Assembly: GCA_049650205.1 (NCBI GenBank)
Contig: JBARZR010000104.1
Location: 33 to 64,032, forward strand
Direction of reading: 5' to 3'
Source of the DNA: Pacificimonas sp.
GTDB taxonomy: Bacteria > Pseudomonadota > Alphaproteobacteria > Sphingomonadales > Sphingomonadaceae
Length of the DNA stretch: 64,000 bases
Below, one piece after another: positions 23,040 to 37,704 of this stretch. How positions within the stretch are numbered: position 1 is the stretch's first letter; each line of letters starts with the position of its first letter. The notes below the pieces were generated by a model, which was given only the letters and a program-made list of their open reading frames with translations, did no database searches and was not told where the DNA came from. Both the position numbers and the translations under genes were made by a program.

Positions 23040-25736
23040 ATGCTCGGTATGGACAGGATTGCGAAGCGCCTTTTTGGCTCTTCCAACGACCGCTATGTTC
23101 GCTCGCTGAACCCACTGGTGGCAAAGATCGAAGGGCTGGAACCGGAGATCGCAGCCCTGACCGATGACGAGCTGAGCGGCAAAACTCCGGTTTTCCGTGA
23201 GCGTCTGGCGAATGGCGAGACGCTGGATGACCTGTTGCCCGAAGCTTTCGCCGTCGTTCGCGAAGCCGCCAAGCGCCGCTTGGGTATGCGCCACTTCGAC
23301 GTGCAGATGGTGGGCGGTATCGTCCTTCACCGCGGCGAGATCGCCGAGATGCGGACGGGCGAGGGCAAGACCCTGGTCGCCACACTCGCCGTCTATCTGA
23401 ACGCGCTGGAGGGGAAGGGCGTTCACGTCGTGACCGTCAACGACTATCTTGCCAGCCGTGACGCCGCCTGGATGGCGCAGGTCTATGAATTCCTGCAGCT
23501 GAGCGTCGGTGTCATCGTCCCGGACCTGCCGGAGGACGAGCGCCGCCGCGCCTATGCCTGCGACATCACCTATGGCACGAACAACGAATTCGGCTTCGAT
23601 TATCTGCGCGACAACATGAAATATTCGCGCGACGCGATGGTGCAGCGTCCGTTCAATTACGCTGTCATCGACGAGGTCGATTCCGTACTGGTGGACGAGG
23701 CGCGGACGCCGCTGATCATTTCCGGCCCGACCGAAGACAAATCCGACATGTACAACCGTGTCGATGCGATCGTTTCGGAACTGGACGACGATGATTACGA
23801 GATCGACGAGAAGCAGAAGTCCATCATTCTGACCGAGGAGGGGACCGAAAAGGTCGAGCGCCTGCTTGAGAAGAACGATCTGCTGGTCGGCGAGAATCTC
23901 TACGACATCGAGAATACGCAGGTTGTGCATCACACCAATCAGGCGCTGCGCGCGATCAAGATGTTCAAGAAGGACAAGGATTATATCGTAAAAGACGGCA
24001 AGATCGTCATCATCGACGAGTTCACTGGTCGCATGATGGACGGACGCCGCTGGTCCGACGGCCTGCATCAGGCGGTGGAGGCGAAGGAAGGCGTCGACAT
24101 CAAGCCGGAGAACCAGACGCTGGCGACCATCACCTTCCAGAATTATTTCCGTATGTACCCGAAGCTGGCGGGCATGACCGGTACAGCAGCGACCGAGGCC
24201 GCGGAATTCTATGAAATCTACAAGCTGAACACCGTCGAGATCCCGACCAACGTACCGGTCAAGCGCGAAGACCATGACGACCAGTTCTTCAAAAACGCGG
24301 ACGACAAGTTCGGTGCTATTGTCGAGGCGATCCGCGAGGCCAGCAACAAGGGCCAGCCGACTCTGGTGGGTACGACCAGCATCGAGAAGTCCGAGATGCT
24401 GTCGGAATATCTGAAAAAGGAAGGCGTGGAACATAGTGTCCTCAACGCCCGCTTCCACGAGCAGGAGGCGCACATCGTGGCGCAGGCTGGCCGCCTGGGC
24501 GCAGTGACGCTGGCGACCAACATGGCGGGCCGCGGCACCGACATCCAGCTGGGCGGCAATCTGGAATTCCGCGTCGGCGACGAACTGTCGACAATGGAAG
24601 ACGGGCCGCAGAAGGACACCGAGATCGACCGCATCCGCGCGGAGATCGCGGCGGAACGTGACGCCGTACTGGCAGCGGGCGGCCTGTTCGTCCTTGGTAC
24701 CGAGCGGCATGAGAGCCGCCGTATCGACAACCAGTTGCGCGGACGTGCGGGCCGGCAGGGCGATCCGGGCGTCAGCCGTTTCTTTCTGTCACTCGACGAT
24801 GACCTGTTGCGTATTTTCGGTCAGGCGAATCTCCTCAACCGCATGATGCAGTCGGGTCTCGAAGACGGCGAGGCGATCGAGCACCCGTGGATTTCCAAGG
24901 CCATCGAGACCGCGCAGAAGAAGGTGGAGGCGCGCAACTACGACGTGCGCAAGAACCTGCTGCAATATGACGACGTGATGAACGACCAGCGTAAGGTCAT
25001 CTATGAGCAGCGCGAGGAGGTCATGGACTCGGCCCGCGTCGATGACGTGGTCGAGGAAATGCGGTCCGAGACGGTGACCGATCTGGTGTATACCTATGCG
25101 CCGCAGGGTTCCTATCCCGAGAAGTGGGATGTGACGGGTATGCGCGAGGAAATTGCCCGTGTCATGGGGCTCGACCTGCCGTTCGACGAATGGACGACCG
25201 AGGACGCTGTCGATCAGGATATCTTCATCGAGCGCGTCTCCGAACGCGCGGCGGGTGAGCTTTCGGAGAAGATCGCCCATCTGCCGGAAGGGCAGTGGTT
25301 CGAGGTCGAAAAAAGCTTCATGCTGCAGGCGATCGACACCCGCTGGAAGGAACATCTGGCGACGCTGGACGCGTTGCGCGGTTCCATCCATCTGCGCGCC
25401 TATGCCCAGAAGCAGCCGATCAACGAGTATAAGCAGGAAGCCTTTCAGCTGTTCGAACACATGCTGACGACCATTCGCGAGGATGTGACGCGGATGCTGG
25501 CCAATGCCCGTATCACCGCGCCGCCGCCCGAACCGGAACCGAGCGAGTTCATCACGACGCACATCGACCCGTTCACCGGGGAGGATGACAGCTTTCCCCA
25601 CACGGACAAACCCGGTCCGGCACAGGGCGCGCGGAGCGAACTGCCCGAAGGGACAGGACCAGTCAGTCGCAATGCGGCCTGCCCATGCGGTTCGGGCCGC
25701 AAGTACAAGCACTGCCATGGGAGTGTTGGCGCCTGA
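23040..25736 (+). CDS. secA: Preprotein translocase ATPase SecA
   Basis: 898 aa. Walker [13 protein letters not shown]-like [20 protein letters not shown], and C-terminal zinc finger [14 protein letters not shown]. Confidence 0.98.
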   Translation: MLGMDRIAKRLFGSSNDRYVRSLNPLVAKIEGLEPEIAALTDDELSGKTPVFRERLANGETLDDLLPEAFAVVREAAKRRLGMRHFDVQMVGGIVLHRGEIAEMRTGEGKTLVATLAVYLNALEGKGVHVVTVNDYLASRDAAWMAQVYEFLQLSVGVIVPDLPEDERRRAYACDITYGTNNEFGFDYLRDNMKYSRDAMVQRPFNYAVIDEVDSVLVDEARTPLIISGPTEDKSDMYNRVDAIVSELDDDDYEIDEKQKSIILTEEGTEKVERLLEKNDLLVGENLYDIENTQVVHHTNQALRAIKMFKKDKDYIVKDGKIVIIDEFTGRMMDGRRWSDGLHQAVEAKEGVDIKPENQTLATITFQNYFRMYPKLAGMTGTAATEAAEFYEIYKLNTVEIPTNVPVKREDHDDQFFKNADDKFGAIVEAIREASNKGQPTLVGTTSIEKSEMLSEYLKKEGVEHSVLNARFHEQEAHIVAQAGRLGAVTLATNMAGRGTDIQLGGNLEFRVGDELSTMEDGPQKDTEIDRIRAEIAAERDAVLAAGGLFVLGTERHESRRIDNQLRGRAGRQGDPGVSRFFLSLDDDLLRIFGQANLLNRMMQSGLEDGEAIEHPWISKAIETAQKKVEARNYDVRKNLLQYDDVMNDQRKVIYEQREEVMDSARVDDVVEEMRSETVTDLVYTYAPQGSYPEKWDVTGMREEIARVMGLDLPFDEWTTEDAVDQDIFIERVSERAAGELSEKIAHLPEGQWFEVEKSFMLQAIDTRWKEHLATLDALRGSIHLRAYAQKQPINEYKQEAFQLFEHMLTTIREDVTRMLANARITAPPPEPEPSEFITTHIDPFTGEDDSFPHTDKPGPAQGARSELPEGTGPVSRNAACPCGSGRKYKHCHGSVGA

Positions 25737-25802
25737 GTGTTGGTATTTAACCTGGGTTTAACTCTGCCATTGTAATCGCTGTGGTGAACCTGGGAGTTCG
25801 CC

Positions 25803-26114
25803 ATGTCGCTTGCCGTTACCGAAGCCGATACTGAAATGCGCAGCGCGGAGCGTTTGTCCGTCGAGCTGGCCGCAGAAGCGCGCGATAGCGGAGCGATGCG
25901 CATTCATGGCGTCATCAGCGACCTGTCCCTGACCGGGTTCCGCTTTGAAAGCCCGTTGCATGTGCCGGTTGGCACGAAATTGTATCTGCGTCTGGCGGAC
26001 ATGCGCGGCTTTCAGGCGGTCGTGGTCCGATCCGGCCAGGGGCATTATGGATGCGCCTTTCTGAAACCGCTATATCCGCCGATCTATCGCAAGTTGGCCG
26101 GCCTTCTCGGCTAA
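25803..26114 (+). CDS. Single-domain PilZ protein (putative c-di-GMP receptor)
   Basis: 103 aa. RxxxR (RSAER) followed by D-x-S-x-x-G (DLSLTG), the two PilZ signature motifs at typical spacing. Confidence 0.72.
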   Translation: MSLAVTEADTEMRSAERLSVELAAEARDSGAMRIHGVISDLSLTGFRFESPLHVPVGTKLYLRLADMRGFQAVVVRSGQGHYGCAFLKPLYPPIYRKLAGLLG

Positions 26115-26155
26115 GGCGCTTGCCGAGCGTGTGTTTTCGCGTCTAGTGCGGGTAC

Positions 26156-27403
26156 ATGAAAATGCTGATCCCGTTTCTGGCCCTCGCGGCCAGTCCCGCC
26201 CTTTCCGCAACGAGTGTCATCACCGCCGACCGGATGCTGGACGTCGTTTCCGGCAAATATGTCGAGGCGCCGCAGATCGTCGTCACCGATGGCCGCATCG
26301 TCTCGCTCGACGGGACGGGCGCGCCGGATGACGCCGAGCGCATCGATCTTTCCGGCCATACGCTTCTGCCCGGTCTGATCGACATGCATGTGCATTTGAC
26401 CGGCGTCGCGGATATTGGCGGCTTTCGCGGGCTGCAATATACCGACGGGTTCTGGACGGTAATGGGTGTTCCCAATGCCAGGGCGACGCTCGATGCCGGA
26501 TTCACCACGGTGCGCAATGTCGGTAGTAGCGACTATGCCGACGTCGCGCTGCGCCAGGCGATAGACGAAGGCCGTATCCCCGGACCGCGTATCGTCGCGG
26601 CGGGCTATGCCATCGGTGCGACCGGCGGACATTGCGATAATAACGGCCTCCCGCCCAGCATGGAGCTGCCCTCGAACAGCACCGCGGACAATCCGGACGA
26701 ATTCGACAAGAGGGTCAAGCAGATGCGCAAATATGGTGCGGAGGTCATCAAGATCTGCGCGACCGGCGGCGTCTTCTCACGCGGCACAACCGTGGGCGAA
26801 CAACAGCTAACCGAGGAGGAAATCCGTTCGGCGGTCGATGCGGCGCATCTTCTCGGCCTGAAGGTCGCGGCGCACGCGCACGGCAATGCGGGGATCAAGG
26901 CCGCCATTCGCGGCGGCGTCGATACCGTGGAGCATGCCAGCTATCTGGATGACGAGGCCATCCGGCTAGCCAAGGCAAATGGCACGGCCTTCTCGATGGA
27001 TATCTACAATACCGAATACACGCTGGCGGAAGGCGAGAAGAACGGTGTGCTGCCGGAATCGATCGCCAAGGAGCGCCAGGTCGGCAGTATACAGCGCGAG
27101 AGTTTCCGCAAGGCCACTGCAGCGGGTGCCAGGATGGTCTTCGGATCCGACGCCGCCATCTATCCGCACGGCGACAACGCGAAGCAGTTCGCCGTCATGG
27201 TCCGTTTTGGCATGACACCGTTGCAGGCCATTCGCGCCGCGACCGTAAATGCCTCAGAAGCGCTTGGGCGCGAAGAGGATGTCGGCGCGCTGAAAATCGG
27301 CTCGTGGGGCGATATGGTGGCGGTGAAGGGCGATCCGCTCAGCGATGTCACCGTGCTGGAAAACGTCGCCGCCGTCCTGAAGGGCGGGGAGCGGGTCCGC
27401 TAG
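26156..27403 (+). CDS. Secreted metal-dependent amidohydrolase family protein
   Basis: Signal peptide MKMLIPFLALAASPALSA. Amidohydrolase HxH motif LIDMHVHL and downstream His/Asp ligand blocks (AAHAHG, GSDA). Confidence 0.85.
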   Translation: MKMLIPFLALAASPALSATSVITADRMLDVVSGKYVEAPQIVVTDGRIVSLDGTGAPDDAERIDLSGHTLLPGLIDMHVHLTGVADIGGFRGLQYTDGFWTVMGVPNARATLDAGFTTVRNVGSSDYADVALRQAIDEGRIPGPRIVAAGYAIGATGGHCDNNGLPPSMELPSNSTADNPDEFDKRVKQMRKYGAEVIKICATGGVFSRGTTVGEQQLTEEEIRSAVDAAHLLGLKVAAHAHGNAGIKAAIRGGVDTVEHASYLDDEAIRLAKANGTAFSMDIYNTEYTLAEGEKNGVLPESIAKERQVGSIQRESFRKATAAGARMVFGSDAAIYPHGDNAKQFAVMVRFGMTPLQAIRAATVNASEALGREEDVGALKIGSWGDMVAVKGDPLSDVTVLENVAAVLKGGERVR

Positions 27404-27424
27404 GTTGGCACCCGGATTCCGGCG

Positions 27425-27453
27425 TTGACCCGGACGGGGGACTTTCCTATATG
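27425..27453 (+). promoter_or_regulatory. Putative str-operon promoter (TTGACC-N17-TATATG)
   Basis: Near-consensus hexamers lie about 210 nt upstream of rpsL. Confidence 0.4.
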
Positions 27454-27664
27454 CGCTGCACAACAGCTCGCGGGCTGGCTCGTAAGGTATTGGCCTTAAA
27501 CGTAGTCCGAAGGCGAGAGCGGAGAGAAATTTCCGTTTACGTTGATACAGTTACAGGCAGGTCCATGCGGAACCCGAATCCACGGTCCCCGCAAGGTCTG
27601 TCTTTTTTCGTTCGCGTGCTCCGTCGGAGAACGCGAATCCAGTTTTGCTAGTGAAGGTGACCGA

Positions 27665-28036
27665 ATGCCGACGATCAACCAGCTGGTCCGCAAGGGACGC
27701 GTGCCGCAGAAGGCCCGCAACAAGGTTCCCGCGCTGGAAGCGAATCCGCAGAAGCGCGGCGTCTGCACGCGCGTCTATACGACGACTCCCAAGAAGCCGA
27801 ACTCCGCGCTGCGTAAGGTCGCCAAGATCCGCCTGACGAATGGCTTTGAAGTCATTGGTTATATTCCGGGTGAGGGGCATAACCTTCAGGAGCACTCTGT
27901 GGTCCTGATCCGCGGCGGCCGTGTGAAGGATCTTCCCGGCGTGCGCTACCACGTCCTGCGCGGTGTTCTCGATACCCAGGGTGTCGGCGATCGCAAGCGT
28001 AGTCGTTCGAAATACGGTACCAAGAAGCCCAAGTAA
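27665..28036 (+). CDS. rpsL: 30S ribosomal protein S12
   Basis: [12 protein letters not shown]...KPNSALRKV. Start at ATG 27665 within ORF 27542..28036. Confidence 0.98.
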   Translation: MPTINQLVRKGRVPQKARNKVPALEANPQKRGVCTRVYTTTPKKPNSALRKVAKIRLTNGFEVIGYIPGEGHNLQEHSVVLIRGGRVKDLPGVRYHVLRGVLDTQGVGDRKRSRSKYGTKKPK

Positions 28037-28099
28037 TTGCAGCCAGAGTAAGCGCCGGACGGGTTCCGGGTCACGCTGAAGATTAAAGGAAATTTGAAA

Positions 28100-28570
28100 A
28101 TGGCACGTCGCCGCCGCCCAGAAAAACGCGAAATCCTGCCCGACCCCCGGTTCGGTGATACGGTCCTGACCAAGTTCATGAACCTCGTCATGTATCAGGG
28201 CAAGAAGTCCGTTGCCGAAAGCATCGTTTATGGCGCGCTCGACACAATCGAGGGCAAGATGAAGACGGATCCGCTCGGCGTGTTTCACGAGGCGCTGAAT
28301 AATGTGAAGCCGGCCGTCGAGGTGCGCAGCCGCCGCGTCGGTGGTGCGACCTATCAGGTTCCGGTCGAAGTTCGCCCCGAGCGCGCGCAGGCGCTGGCCA
28401 TCCGCTGGCTGATCTCGTCGGCGCGTGGTCGCCCTGAGAACACCATGGCGCAGCGCCTTTCGTCCGAACTGATGGACGCGTCGCAAAACCGTGGCAACGC
28501 CGTCAAGAAGCGGGAAGACGCGCATCGCATGGCCGAAGCCAACCGCGCCTTCTCTCACTACCGCTGGTAA
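28100..28570 (+). CDS. rpsG: 30S ribosomal protein S7
   Basis: [20 protein letters not shown]...; AAAGGA RBS 9 nt upstream. Confidence 0.98.
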   Translation: MARRRRPEKREILPDPRFGDTVLTKFMNLVMYQGKKSVAESIVYGALDTIEGKMKTDPLGVFHEALNNVKPAVEVRSRRVGGATYQVPVEVRPERAQALAIRWLISSARGRPENTMAQRLSSELMDASQNRGNAVKKREDAHRMAEANRAFSHYRW

Positions 28571-28630
28571 GCGGTGCAATATCAGCGCCGCTGGTAGTTC
28601 CCCAGACTTTTACGCAGGAAGACCACCCTC

Positions 28631-30730
<2,100 letters not shown>

Positions 30731-30781
30731 CCGCGATTTCAGAATTAGAGATTAACCTAAGAACGAAGAGGGTTACATATT

Positions 30782-31972
30782 ATGGGTAAGGCAAAATTCG
30801 AGCGCAACAAGCCGCATTGCAACATTGGCACCATCGGTCATGTCGATCATGGCAAGACGACGCTGACGGCGGCGATTACCAAGGTTCTGGCTGATGCCGG
30901 TCACGGCGAAGCCGTCGATTTCGCGAACATCGACAAGGCTCCTGAAGAGCGTGAGCGCGGCATCACTATCTCGACCGCACACGTCGAATATGAGACGGAA
31001 GATCGTCACTATGCGCATGTCGACTGCCCTGGCCACGCCGACTATGTGAAGAACATGATCACCGGCGCCGCACAGATGGACGGCGCGATCCTGGTGGTGA
31101 ACGCCGCCGACGGTCCCATGCCACAGACCAAGGAGCACATCCTGCTCGCGCGTCAGGTCGGCGTGCCCGCCATGGTGGTGTTCATGAACAAGGTGGACCA
31201 GGTCGATGACGAGGAACTGCTCGAGCTCGTCGAGATGGAAATCCGCGAGCTGCTCAGTTCCTATGATTTCCCTGGTGACGACATCCCCATTGTTGCGGGT
31301 TCTGCGCTTGCTGCGCTCGAAGGCCGCGACGACAATATTGGCAAGGAGAAGATCCTCGAGCTGATGAAGGCCGTCGACGATTACATCCCGCAGCCCGAGC
31401 GTCCGCTGGACCAGCCTTTCCTTATGCCCATCGAGGACGTGTTCTCGATTTCGGGCCGTGGTACGGTTGTGACCGGCCGTATTGAAACCGGCGTCGTCAA
31501 TGTAGGCGAGGAAATTGAGATTGTCGGCATCAAGGACACCGTGAAGACGACGGTCACGGGCGTCGAGATGTTCCGCAAGCTTCTGGATCGCGGTGAAGCC
31601 GGCGACAATGTCGGCGCGCTTCTACGCGGCACGAAGCGTGAAGATGTCGAGCGTGGTCAGGTTCTGGCCAAGCCCGGTTCCATCACGCCCCACACCGATT
31701 TCTCGGCAGAGGTCTATGTCCTCGGCAAGGACGAGGGTGGCCGCCACACGCCGTTCTTCGCGAACTACCGTCCGCAGTTCTATTTCCGCACGACCGACGT
31801 AACTGGCGAAGTGGTGTTGCCAGAGGGCACGGAAATGGTTATGCCGGGCGATAATGTGAGCCTGGGTGTCAAGCTGATCGCGCCGATCGCCATGGACAAG
31901 GGTCTTCGTTTCGCAATTCGTGAGGGCGGCCGTACGGTCGGCGCTGGCGTTGTGGGCGACATCACGAAGTAA
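30782..31972 (+). CDS. tuf: Elongation factor Tu
   Basis: 396 aa. [22 protein letters not shown]. Confidence 0.98.
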   Translation: MGKAKFERNKPHCNIGTIGHVDHGKTTLTAAITKVLADAGHGEAVDFANIDKAPEERERGITISTAHVEYETEDRHYAHVDCPGHADYVKNMITGAAQMDGAILVVNAADGPMPQTKEHILLARQVGVPAMVVFMNKVDQVDDEELLELVEMEIRELLSSYDFPGDDIPIVAGSALAALEGRDDNIGKEKILELMKAVDDYIPQPERPLDQPFLMPIEDVFSISGRGTVVTGRIETGVVNVGEEIEIVGIKDTVKTTVTGVEMFRKLLDRGEAGDNVGALLRGTKREDVERGQVLAKPGSITPHTDFSAEVYVLGKDEGGRHTPFFANYRPQFYFRTTDVTGEVVLPEGTEMVMPGDNVSLGVKLIAPIAMDKGLRFAIREGGRTVGAGVVGDITK

Positions 31973-31989
31973 GGTTGAGATACCGAAAG

Positions 31990-32031
31990 CCGGTCCGGCG
32001 CTAACGTGCTGGACCGGTTCTCTTTTGTTTT
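31990..32031 (+). terminator. Intrinsic terminator/attenuator between tuf and rpsJ
   Basis: CCGGTCCGGC-N8-GCTGGACCGG (10-bp stem with one G-T pair) followed by TTCTCTTTTGTTTT. Confidence 0.55.
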
Positions 32032-32052
32032 GAAGGTTTGAGGTCGACGTCG

Positions 32053-32367
32053 ATGGAAACGCAGAATATCAGGATCCGGTTAAAGGCCTTTGACCATCGT
32101 GTGCTGGATCAGGCCACGGGTGAAATCGCCGATACGGCGAAGCGCACCGGTGCCATGATTCGCGGCCCCATCCCGATGCCGACGCGCATCGAGAAGTTCA
32201 CGGTCAACCGTGGGCCGCATATCGACAAGAAAAGCCGCGAGCAGTTCGAGGTACGGACGCACAAGCGCCTCCTCGACATCGTGCAACCCACGCCGCAGAC
32301 GGTGGACGCGCTCATGAAGCTCGACCTGTCGGCGGGTGTGGACGTAGAGATCAAGCTGGGCGCGTAA
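32053..32367 (+). CDS. rpsJ: 30S ribosomal protein S10
   Basis: [19 protein letters not shown]. Start at ATG 32053 within the ORF. Confidence 0.97.
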   Translation: METQNIRIRLKAFDHRVLDQATGEIADTAKRTGAMIRGPIPMPTRIEKFTVNRGPHIDKKSREQFEVRTHKRLLDIVQPTPQTVDALMKLDLSAGVDVEIKLGA

Positions 32368-32440
32368 GCGGCGGGCCGGATTAAATTTTGGATCACGCCC
32401 TCCGGATCATCCGGCGGGCCTCTGAAGGAAAGGAATGATC

Positions 32441-33187
32441 ATGCGCACTGGCGTGATCGCGAAAAAGATGGGCATGACACGCCTGTTCCAGGAGGATGGC
32501 CGGCACGTTCCGGTTACCGTCCTCAGCCTGGAAGGCTGTCAGGTTGTCGGCACCCGCAAGGACGATGTCGATGGCTACACCGCTCTCCAGCTTGGTGCTG
32601 GCTCCGCGAAATCAAAGAATGTGAAAAAGCCGCAGCGCGGTTTCTATGGCAAGGCCGAAGTCGAGCCGAAAGCGCGCATCGCGGAATTCCGCGTTGCCGA
32701 GGACGCCCTTCTCGATGTGGGTGCGGTGATTTCCGCTGACCATTTCGGCGTCGGGCAAAAAGTCGACATTCAGGGCCGGACCCAGGGTAAGGGCTTTGCC
32801 GGTGCCATGAAGCGCTGGGGCTTTGGCGGTCTGCGCGCGACCCATGGTGTGTCGCTTTCCCACCGTTCGCACGGTTCGACGGGCCAGCGTCAGGATCCGG
32901 GCAAGGTGTTCAAGGGCAAGAAGATGGCTGGCCAGATGGGCAACCGCTTCCGCACTCAGCAGAATCTCGAGATTGTCGAGACAGATATCGAGCGCGGCTT
33001 GTTGTTCGTAAAGGGCTCCGTGCCTGGCTCCAAGGGCGGCTGGCTGCTCGTGTCCGATGCCGTGAAGATCAAGCAGCCCGCCGACCTGCCCTATCCGGGC
33101 AGTGTGGTTGGCGCGAATAACAATGAGACTGCGGAAACGCCGGTCGAGACGTCCGATGACGCCAACAGCGCAAGCGCGGAGGCTTAA
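32441..33187 (+). CDS. rplC: 50S ribosomal protein L3
   Basis: [17 protein letters not shown]-terminal acidic tail. Confidence 0.97.
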   Translation: MRTGVIAKKMGMTRLFQEDGRHVPVTVLSLEGCQVVGTRKDDVDGYTALQLGAGSAKSKNVKKPQRGFYGKAEVEPKARIAEFRVAEDALLDVGAVISADHFGVGQKVDIQGRTQGKGFAGAMKRWGFGGLRATHGVSLSHRSHGSTGQRQDPGKVFKGKKMAGQMGNRFRTQQNLEIVETDIERGLLFVKGSVPGSKGGWLLVSDAVKIKQPADLPYPGSVVGANNNETAETPVETSDDANSASAEA

Positions 33188-33808
33188 ATGAAGGTCAAGG
33201 TACAAAGCCTCGACGGCAAGGCCTCGGGGGACATCGAGCTGAAGGACGATATCTTCGGTCTCGAAGCGCGTCCCGACATCCTGCACCGCGTCGTAACGTG
33301 GCAGCTTGCCAATCGACGCAATACGGCGCGCGGCGTGCGTGAACGTAGCGATGTCAATCGCACTGGCGCAAAATTCGGCAAACAGAAGGGTGGCGGCACC
33401 GCCCGCCATGGTAACCGTCGCGCGCCGATCTTCGTCGGCGGTGGTAAGGCTCATGGCCCCCGCGTCCGCGACTTCGACCAGAGTCTCAACAAGAAGATCC
33501 GTGCTCTTGGCTTGAAAACGGCGCTCAGCGTCAAGGCTGCCGAGGGCAAGATCGTCGTGGTCAAGGACTTTGAGGTCAAGGATCACAAGACGTCCGCGAT
33601 GAAGGACATGCTCGGAAAAATGGGTCTGTCGAAGGCGCTGTTCATGGATGCCGACAAGACGGACGCGTTCACGAAGGCCGTTCGCAACCTGCCGCACATG
33701 AACGTGCTGCCGGCCGCAGGTGCCAATGTGTACGACATCCTCAACCACGACACTTTGGTCCTGACCAAAGCGGCTGTCGAGAAACTGGAGGCGCGTTTCA
33801 ATGGCTAA
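33188..33808 (+). CDS. rplD: 50S ribosomal protein L4
   Basis: 206 aa. L4 text and S10-operon position. Confidence 0.96.
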   Translation: MKVKVQSLDGKASGDIELKDDIFGLEARPDILHRVVTWQLANRRNTARGVRERSDVNRTGAKFGKQKGGGTARHGNRRAPIFVGGGKAHGPRVRDFDQSLNKKIRALGLKTALSVKAAEGKIVVVKDFEVKDHKTSAMKDMLGKMGLSKALFMDADKTDAFTKAVRNLPHMNVLPAAGANVYDILNHDTLVLTKAAVEKLEARFNG

Positions 33809-34118
33809 GGCGGAACCGAAAGCGGTGGAGCTGACGCATTACGACGTCATTCGCGCGCCCATCATCACCGAGAAATCGACCATGGTTTCCGAGCATAATC
33901 AGGTCGCTTTCAAGGTCGCAACCAACGCGACGAAGCCGCAGATCAAGGCGGCGATCGAGGCGCTTTACGAAGTCAAGGTGACGGCGGTGAATACGCTGAT
34001 CGCCAAAGGCAAGACAAAGCGCTGGAAGGGTCGTCCCTATACGCGCAGCGACGTGAAAAAAGCGATCGTGACCCTCGCCGAGGGTGACATGATCGATATT
34101 ACGAGCGGAGTGAACTAA
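33801..34118 (+). CDS. rplW: 50S ribosomal protein L23
   Basis: [15 protein letters not shown]. Position between rplD and rplB. Confidence 0.96.
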   Translation: MAKAEPKAVELTHYDVIRAPIITEKSTMVSEHNQVAFKVATNATKPQIKAAIEALYEVKVTAVNTLIAKGKTKRWKGRPYTRSDVKKAIVTLAEGDMIDITSGVN

Positions 34119-34960
34119 TGGCACTCAAGCAATATCGCCCGACAAGCCCGGCCCGTCGCGGTCTGGTGCTGGTTGACCGCAGCGCCCTGCACAAGGGCGG
34201 CCCGGTCAAGGCCCTTACCGAGGGCCTGCCTAAGACGGGTGGCCGCAACAACAAGGGCCACGTCACCTCGCGTGGCATTGGCGGCGGTCACAAGCGCAAA
34301 TACCGCATCATGGACTTCAAGCGTCGGAAATGGGACGTCGAAGGCACAATCGAGCGTCTGGAATATGACCCCAACCGGTCGGCGTTCATTGCGCTCATCT
34401 CCTACCCCGATGGTGAACAGACCTATATCCTCGCGCCTCAGCGTGTTGGCCCGGGTGACAAGGTGATCGCCGGCAAGAAGGTCGACGTAAAACCCGGCAA
34501 TGCCATGGAGACCAGCCAGATGCCGGTTGGCACAATCATTCACAATGTTGAGCTGAAGCCCGGCAAAGGTGGTCAGATGGCGCGTTCGGCCGGCACGTAC
34601 GCCCAGGTGGTCGGCAAGGATCGCGGCCTGACGATCATCCGTCTGGGTAGTGGCGAGACGCGTTACATTCCCGGTAATTGCATGGCGACGGTCGGTGCCG
34701 TCAGCAATCCTGACAACTCCAACCAGACGCTTGCCAAGGCGGGCCGCAACCGCTGGCGCGGCATCCGTCCGTTGACACGCGGTGTCGCCAAGAACCCGGT
34801 CGATCACCCCCATGGTGGTGGTGAAGGTCGGACGTCCGGTGGTCGTCATCCGGTGACGCCATGGGGCAAGCCAACCAAGGGCGCGAAGACCCGTGACAAG
34901 AAGAAGGCTTCCAACAAGATGATCATCCGTTCGCGTCACGCGCGCAAGAAGGGCCGGTAA
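34118..34960 (+). CDS. rplB: 50S ribosomal protein L2
   Basis: 280 aa. [25 protein letters not shown]. Confidence 0.98.
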   Translation: MALKQYRPTSPARRGLVLVDRSALHKGGPVKALTEGLPKTGGRNNKGHVTSRGIGGGHKRKYRIMDFKRRKWDVEGTIERLEYDPNRSAFIALISYPDGEQTYILAPQRVGPGDKVIAGKKVDVKPGNAMETSQMPVGTIIHNVELKPGKGGQMARSAGTYAQVVGKDRGLTIIRLGSGETRYIPGNCMATVGAVSNPDNSNQTLAKAGRNRWRGIRPLTRGVAKNPVDHPHGGGEGRTSGGRHPVTPWGKPTKGAKTRDKKKASNKMIIRSRHARKKGR

Positions 34961-34963
34961 GCG

Positions 34964-35239
34964 ATGGCACGTTCCCTCAAAAAGGGTCCGTTCGTGGACC
35001 TGCATCTTCTGAAGAAGGCCGACGCCGCTCAGGACGCGCCGAAGAAGACGCCGATCAAGACCTGGTCGCGTCGCTCGACGATCCTGCCGCAGTTCGTGGG
35101 CCTGACCTTCAATGTTTATAATGGCCGGAAATTCATTCCGGTTTCCGTCAACGAGGACATGGTGGGCATGAAGCTGGGCGAATTCGCTCCGACCCGTACC
35201 TATCAGGGCCACATCGCCGACAAGAAAGCGAAACGCTAA
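34964..35239 (+). CDS. rpsS: 30S ribosomal protein S19
   Basis: [12 protein letters not shown]...GHKLGEF-type motif ([15 protein letters not shown]). Confidence 0.98.
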   Translation: MARSLKKGPFVDLHLLKKADAAQDAPKKTPIKTWSRRSTILPQFVGLTFNVYNGRKFIPVSVNEDMVGMKLGEFAPTRTYQGHIADKKAKR

Positions 35240-35625
35240 TGGGACAGCAGAAAAATTCCCGCCGCGTTGGTGAGCGTGAAGCGCTTGCCGTCGCCAACAC
35301 GTTGCGTGGTTCGCCCTACAAGCTGAACCTCGTCGCGGGTCTGATCCGTGGCAAGAAGGCCGAGGACGCGCTGAACATCCTGAAGTTCTCAAACAAGGGC
35401 TTTGCCGAGCCCGTCCAGAAGGCACTGGCGTCTGCCATTGCAAATGCGGAGAACAACCACAATCTGGATGTGGACGCGCTGATCGTTGCCGAGGCGTCCG
35501 TGGGCAAGTCGATCACAATGAAGCGCTTCAAGGCGCGTGCTCGTGGTCGCTCCGCGCGGATCATCAAGCCATTCAGCCGTATTCGTATCGTCGTTCGTGA
35601 GCACGACGAAGAGGAGCAGAACTAA
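35239..35625 (+). CDS. rplV: 50S ribosomal protein L22
   Basis: 128 aa. L22 text and operon position. Confidence 0.96.
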   Translation: MGQQKNSRRVGEREALAVANTLRGSPYKLNLVAGLIRGKKAEDALNILKFSNKGFAEPVQKALASAIANAENNHNLDVDALIVAEASVGKSITMKRFKARARGRSARIIKPFSRIRIVVREHDEEEQN

Positions 35626-36320
35626 TGGGTCATAAATCAAATCCCATCGGCCTGCGCCTGCAGGTCAACCGCACTTGGGACAGCCGCTGGTTCGCCGATG
35701 GCGAAACCTATGCACGCCAGCTGGTCGAAGACCTCAAGATTCGCGAATTCATTTTCAAGACCGTTCCGCAGGCCGCGATTTCGAAGGTCGTCATCGAACG
35801 CCCCGCGAAACTGTGCCGCGTGAGCGTCTATGCCGCCCGCCCCGGTGTCATCATCGGCAAGAAGGGTGCGGACATCGACAAGCTGCGCAAGAAGCTGGCC
35901 GACATGACGGGCAGCGAGGTTTCGCTGAACATTGTCGAGATCCGCAAGCCGGAAGTCGATGCCAAGCTCGTTGCACAGGGCGTTGCCGATCAGCTGGAGC
36001 GCCGCATCGCGTTCCGCCGCGCCATGAAGCGCGCGGTGCAGTCGGCGCTGCGTCTTGGCGCGGAAGGTATCAAGATTACCTGTGGCGGCCGTCTGGGCGG
36101 CGCGGAAATCGCGCGCGTGGAATGGTATCGCGAGGGCCGTGTGCCCCTGCACACGCTTCGCGCGAATATCGACTATGCGGAAGCCGAGGCGAAGACCGCT
36201 TATGGCATCTGCGGCGTCAAGGTCTGGATCTTCAAGGGTGAAATCTTGGAACATGACCCGCTTGGTCAGGAAAAGGCCATGGTGGACGCACAGACATCCG
36301 GGGTCCGTCCCGCGCGGTAG
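35625..36320 (+). CDS. rpsC: 30S ribosomal protein S3
   Basis: [26 protein letters not shown] domain. Confidence 0.98.
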   Translation: MGHKSNPIGLRLQVNRTWDSRWFADGETYARQLVEDLKIREFIFKTVPQAAISKVVIERPAKLCRVSVYAARPGVIIGKKGADIDKLRKKLADMTGSEVSLNIVEIRKPEVDAKLVAQGVADQLERRIAFRRAMKRAVQSALRLGAEGIKITCGGRLGGAEIARVEWYREGRVPLHTLRANIDYAEAEAKTAYGICGVKVWIFKGEILEHDPLGQEKAMVDAQTSGVRPAR

Positions 36321-36388
36321 GTCGAAAGATCATACCGCGGCGTGACGCCTGATCGAGGACCTCTTTTCCTGTCAGAAGGCTAGTTTCA

Positions 36389-36808
36389 ATGCTGCAACCA
36401 AAACGCACCAAATATCGCAAGGCGCACAAGGGCCGTATTCACGGCAATGCCAAAGGCGGTACCGACCTGAACTTCGGTTCCATCGGGCTGAAGGCCATGG
36501 AACCGGAACGCATCACCGCGCGCCAGATCGAAAGCGCCCGTCGTGCGATCACCCGTCACATCAAGCGCCAGGGGCGTTTGTGGATCCGTGTATTCCCTGA
36601 CGTGCCTGTCAGTTCCAAGCCTGCGGAAGTCCGCATGGGTAAGGGTAAGGGTTCGCCGGAATATTGGGCCGCGCGGGTCAAACCTGGCCGGATCCTGTTC
36701 GAACTGGACGGCGTCAACGCCGCCATCGCCACGGTCGCCTTCGAGCGCGCTGCCGCGAAACTTCCCATTCGCACGAAGGTGGTTCGCCGCCTGGGGGACA
36801 ATGACTGA
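36389..36808 (+). CDS. rplP: 50S ribosomal protein L16
   Basis: [16 protein letters not shown]. Confidence 0.98.
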   Translation: MLQPKRTKYRKAHKGRIHGNAKGGTDLNFGSIGLKAMEPERITARQIESARRAITRHIKRQGRLWIRVFPDVPVSSKPAEVRMGKGKGSPEYWAARVKPGRILFELDGVNAAIATVAFERAAAKLPIRTKVVRRLGDND

Positions 36809-37014
36809 TGACCAAGATTGCCGATCTGAAGGGCAAGACCGACGACCAGCTCAACGAAGAGCTGGGGCAGCTGAAGAAGGAGCAGTATAACCTGCGCTTC
36901 CAGGCCGCCACCGGTCAGCTGGAGAAACCGAGCCGCGTAAAGGAGGTCCGCAGGACTATCGCGCGGATCAACACGCTGAAGACGGAGCGCAACCGCGCTC
37001 AGGCGGAAGGATAG
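36808..37014 (+). CDS. rpmC: 50S ribosomal protein L29
   Basis: 68 aa. [18 protein letters not shown]. Confidence 0.95.
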   Translation: MTKIADLKGKTDDQLNEELGQLKKEQYNLRFQAATGQLEKPSRVKEVRRTIARINTLKTERNRAQAEG

Positions 37015-37017
37015 GAT

Positions 37018-37332
37018 ATGCCCAAGCGTATCATGGCCGGACCGGTTGTGTCCGACAAGACAGACAAGACGGTGACCGTTCTCGTCGAGCGGCGCGTGCA
37101 GCACCCGCTGTACGGCAAGATCATTCGCCGCTCCAAGAAGTATCACGCGCATGACGAGAAGAACGAATTCGCCATCGGCGATATCGTTCGCATCGAGGAA
37201 TGCCCGCCAATGTCCAAGACGAAGACGTGGAAAGTCATCGGCAAGGCCGGGAAAGACGCGAATGTCGCGGCGATGCCCAGCAAGGCCGAGGAAATCAACG
37301 TCAGTGATCTGACGGAAGGGGAGGCAGCATAA
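37018..37332 (+). CDS. rpsQ: 30S ribosomal protein S17 (with C-terminal extension)
   Basis: [27 protein letters not shown]. About 20 extra C-terminal residues. Confidence 0.95.
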   Translation: MPKRIMAGPVVSDKTDKTVTVLVERRVQHPLYGKIIRRSKKYHAHDEKNEFAIGDIVRIEECPPMSKTKTWKVIGKAGKDANVAAMPSKAEEINVSDLTEGEAA

Positions 37333-37333
37333 T

Positions 37334-37702
37334 ATGATCCAGATGCAGTCAAACCTGGAAGTCGCGGACAATAGCGGCGCGAAGCGCGTACAGTGCATCA
37401 AGGTGCTGGGCGGCTCCAAGCGCCGGTTCGCTGGCGTGGGCGACACGATCGTGGTTTCCGTAAAGGAAGCGCAGCCACGTGGCCGCGTGAAAAAGGGCGA
37501 CGTCCACCGCGCCGTCGTCGTTCGCACCGCCAAGGACATTCGCCGCAGCGATGGAACGGTCATCCGTTTCGATTCGAATGCCGCTGTGCTCATCAATACG
37601 AACAAGGAACCGCTGGGAACGCGTATCTTTGGCCCCGTGACGCGCGAATTGCGCGGCAAGGGCCTGATGAAGATCGTCAGCCTGGCGCCGGAGGTGCTTT
37701 GA
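37334..37702 (+). CDS. rplN: 50S ribosomal protein L14
   Basis: [27 protein letters not shown]. Confidence 0.98.
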   Translation: MIQMQSNLEVADNSGAKRVQCIKVLGGSKRRFAGVGDTIVVSVKEAQPRGRVKKGDVHRAVVVRTAKDIRRSDGTVIRFDSNAAVLINTNKEPLGTRIFGPVTRELRGKGLMKIVSLAPEVL

Positions 37703-37704
37703 AA

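Noticed and set aside
21868-24710. Long minus-strand ORFs (505 aa and 562 aa) spanning the GGDEF gene and secA.
   Set aside because: They are antisense to genes with unambiguous motifs (GGDEF, the SecA motor), and no motif of their own was recognised.
21880-26114. GGDEF cyclase, secA and PilZ receptor as a possible c-di-GMP/secretion module.
   Set aside because: The genes have separate promoter-like regions and spacers (137 nt and 66 nt). secA is a universal housekeeping gene, and nothing in the sequence links them functionally. I treat this as coincidental adjacency.
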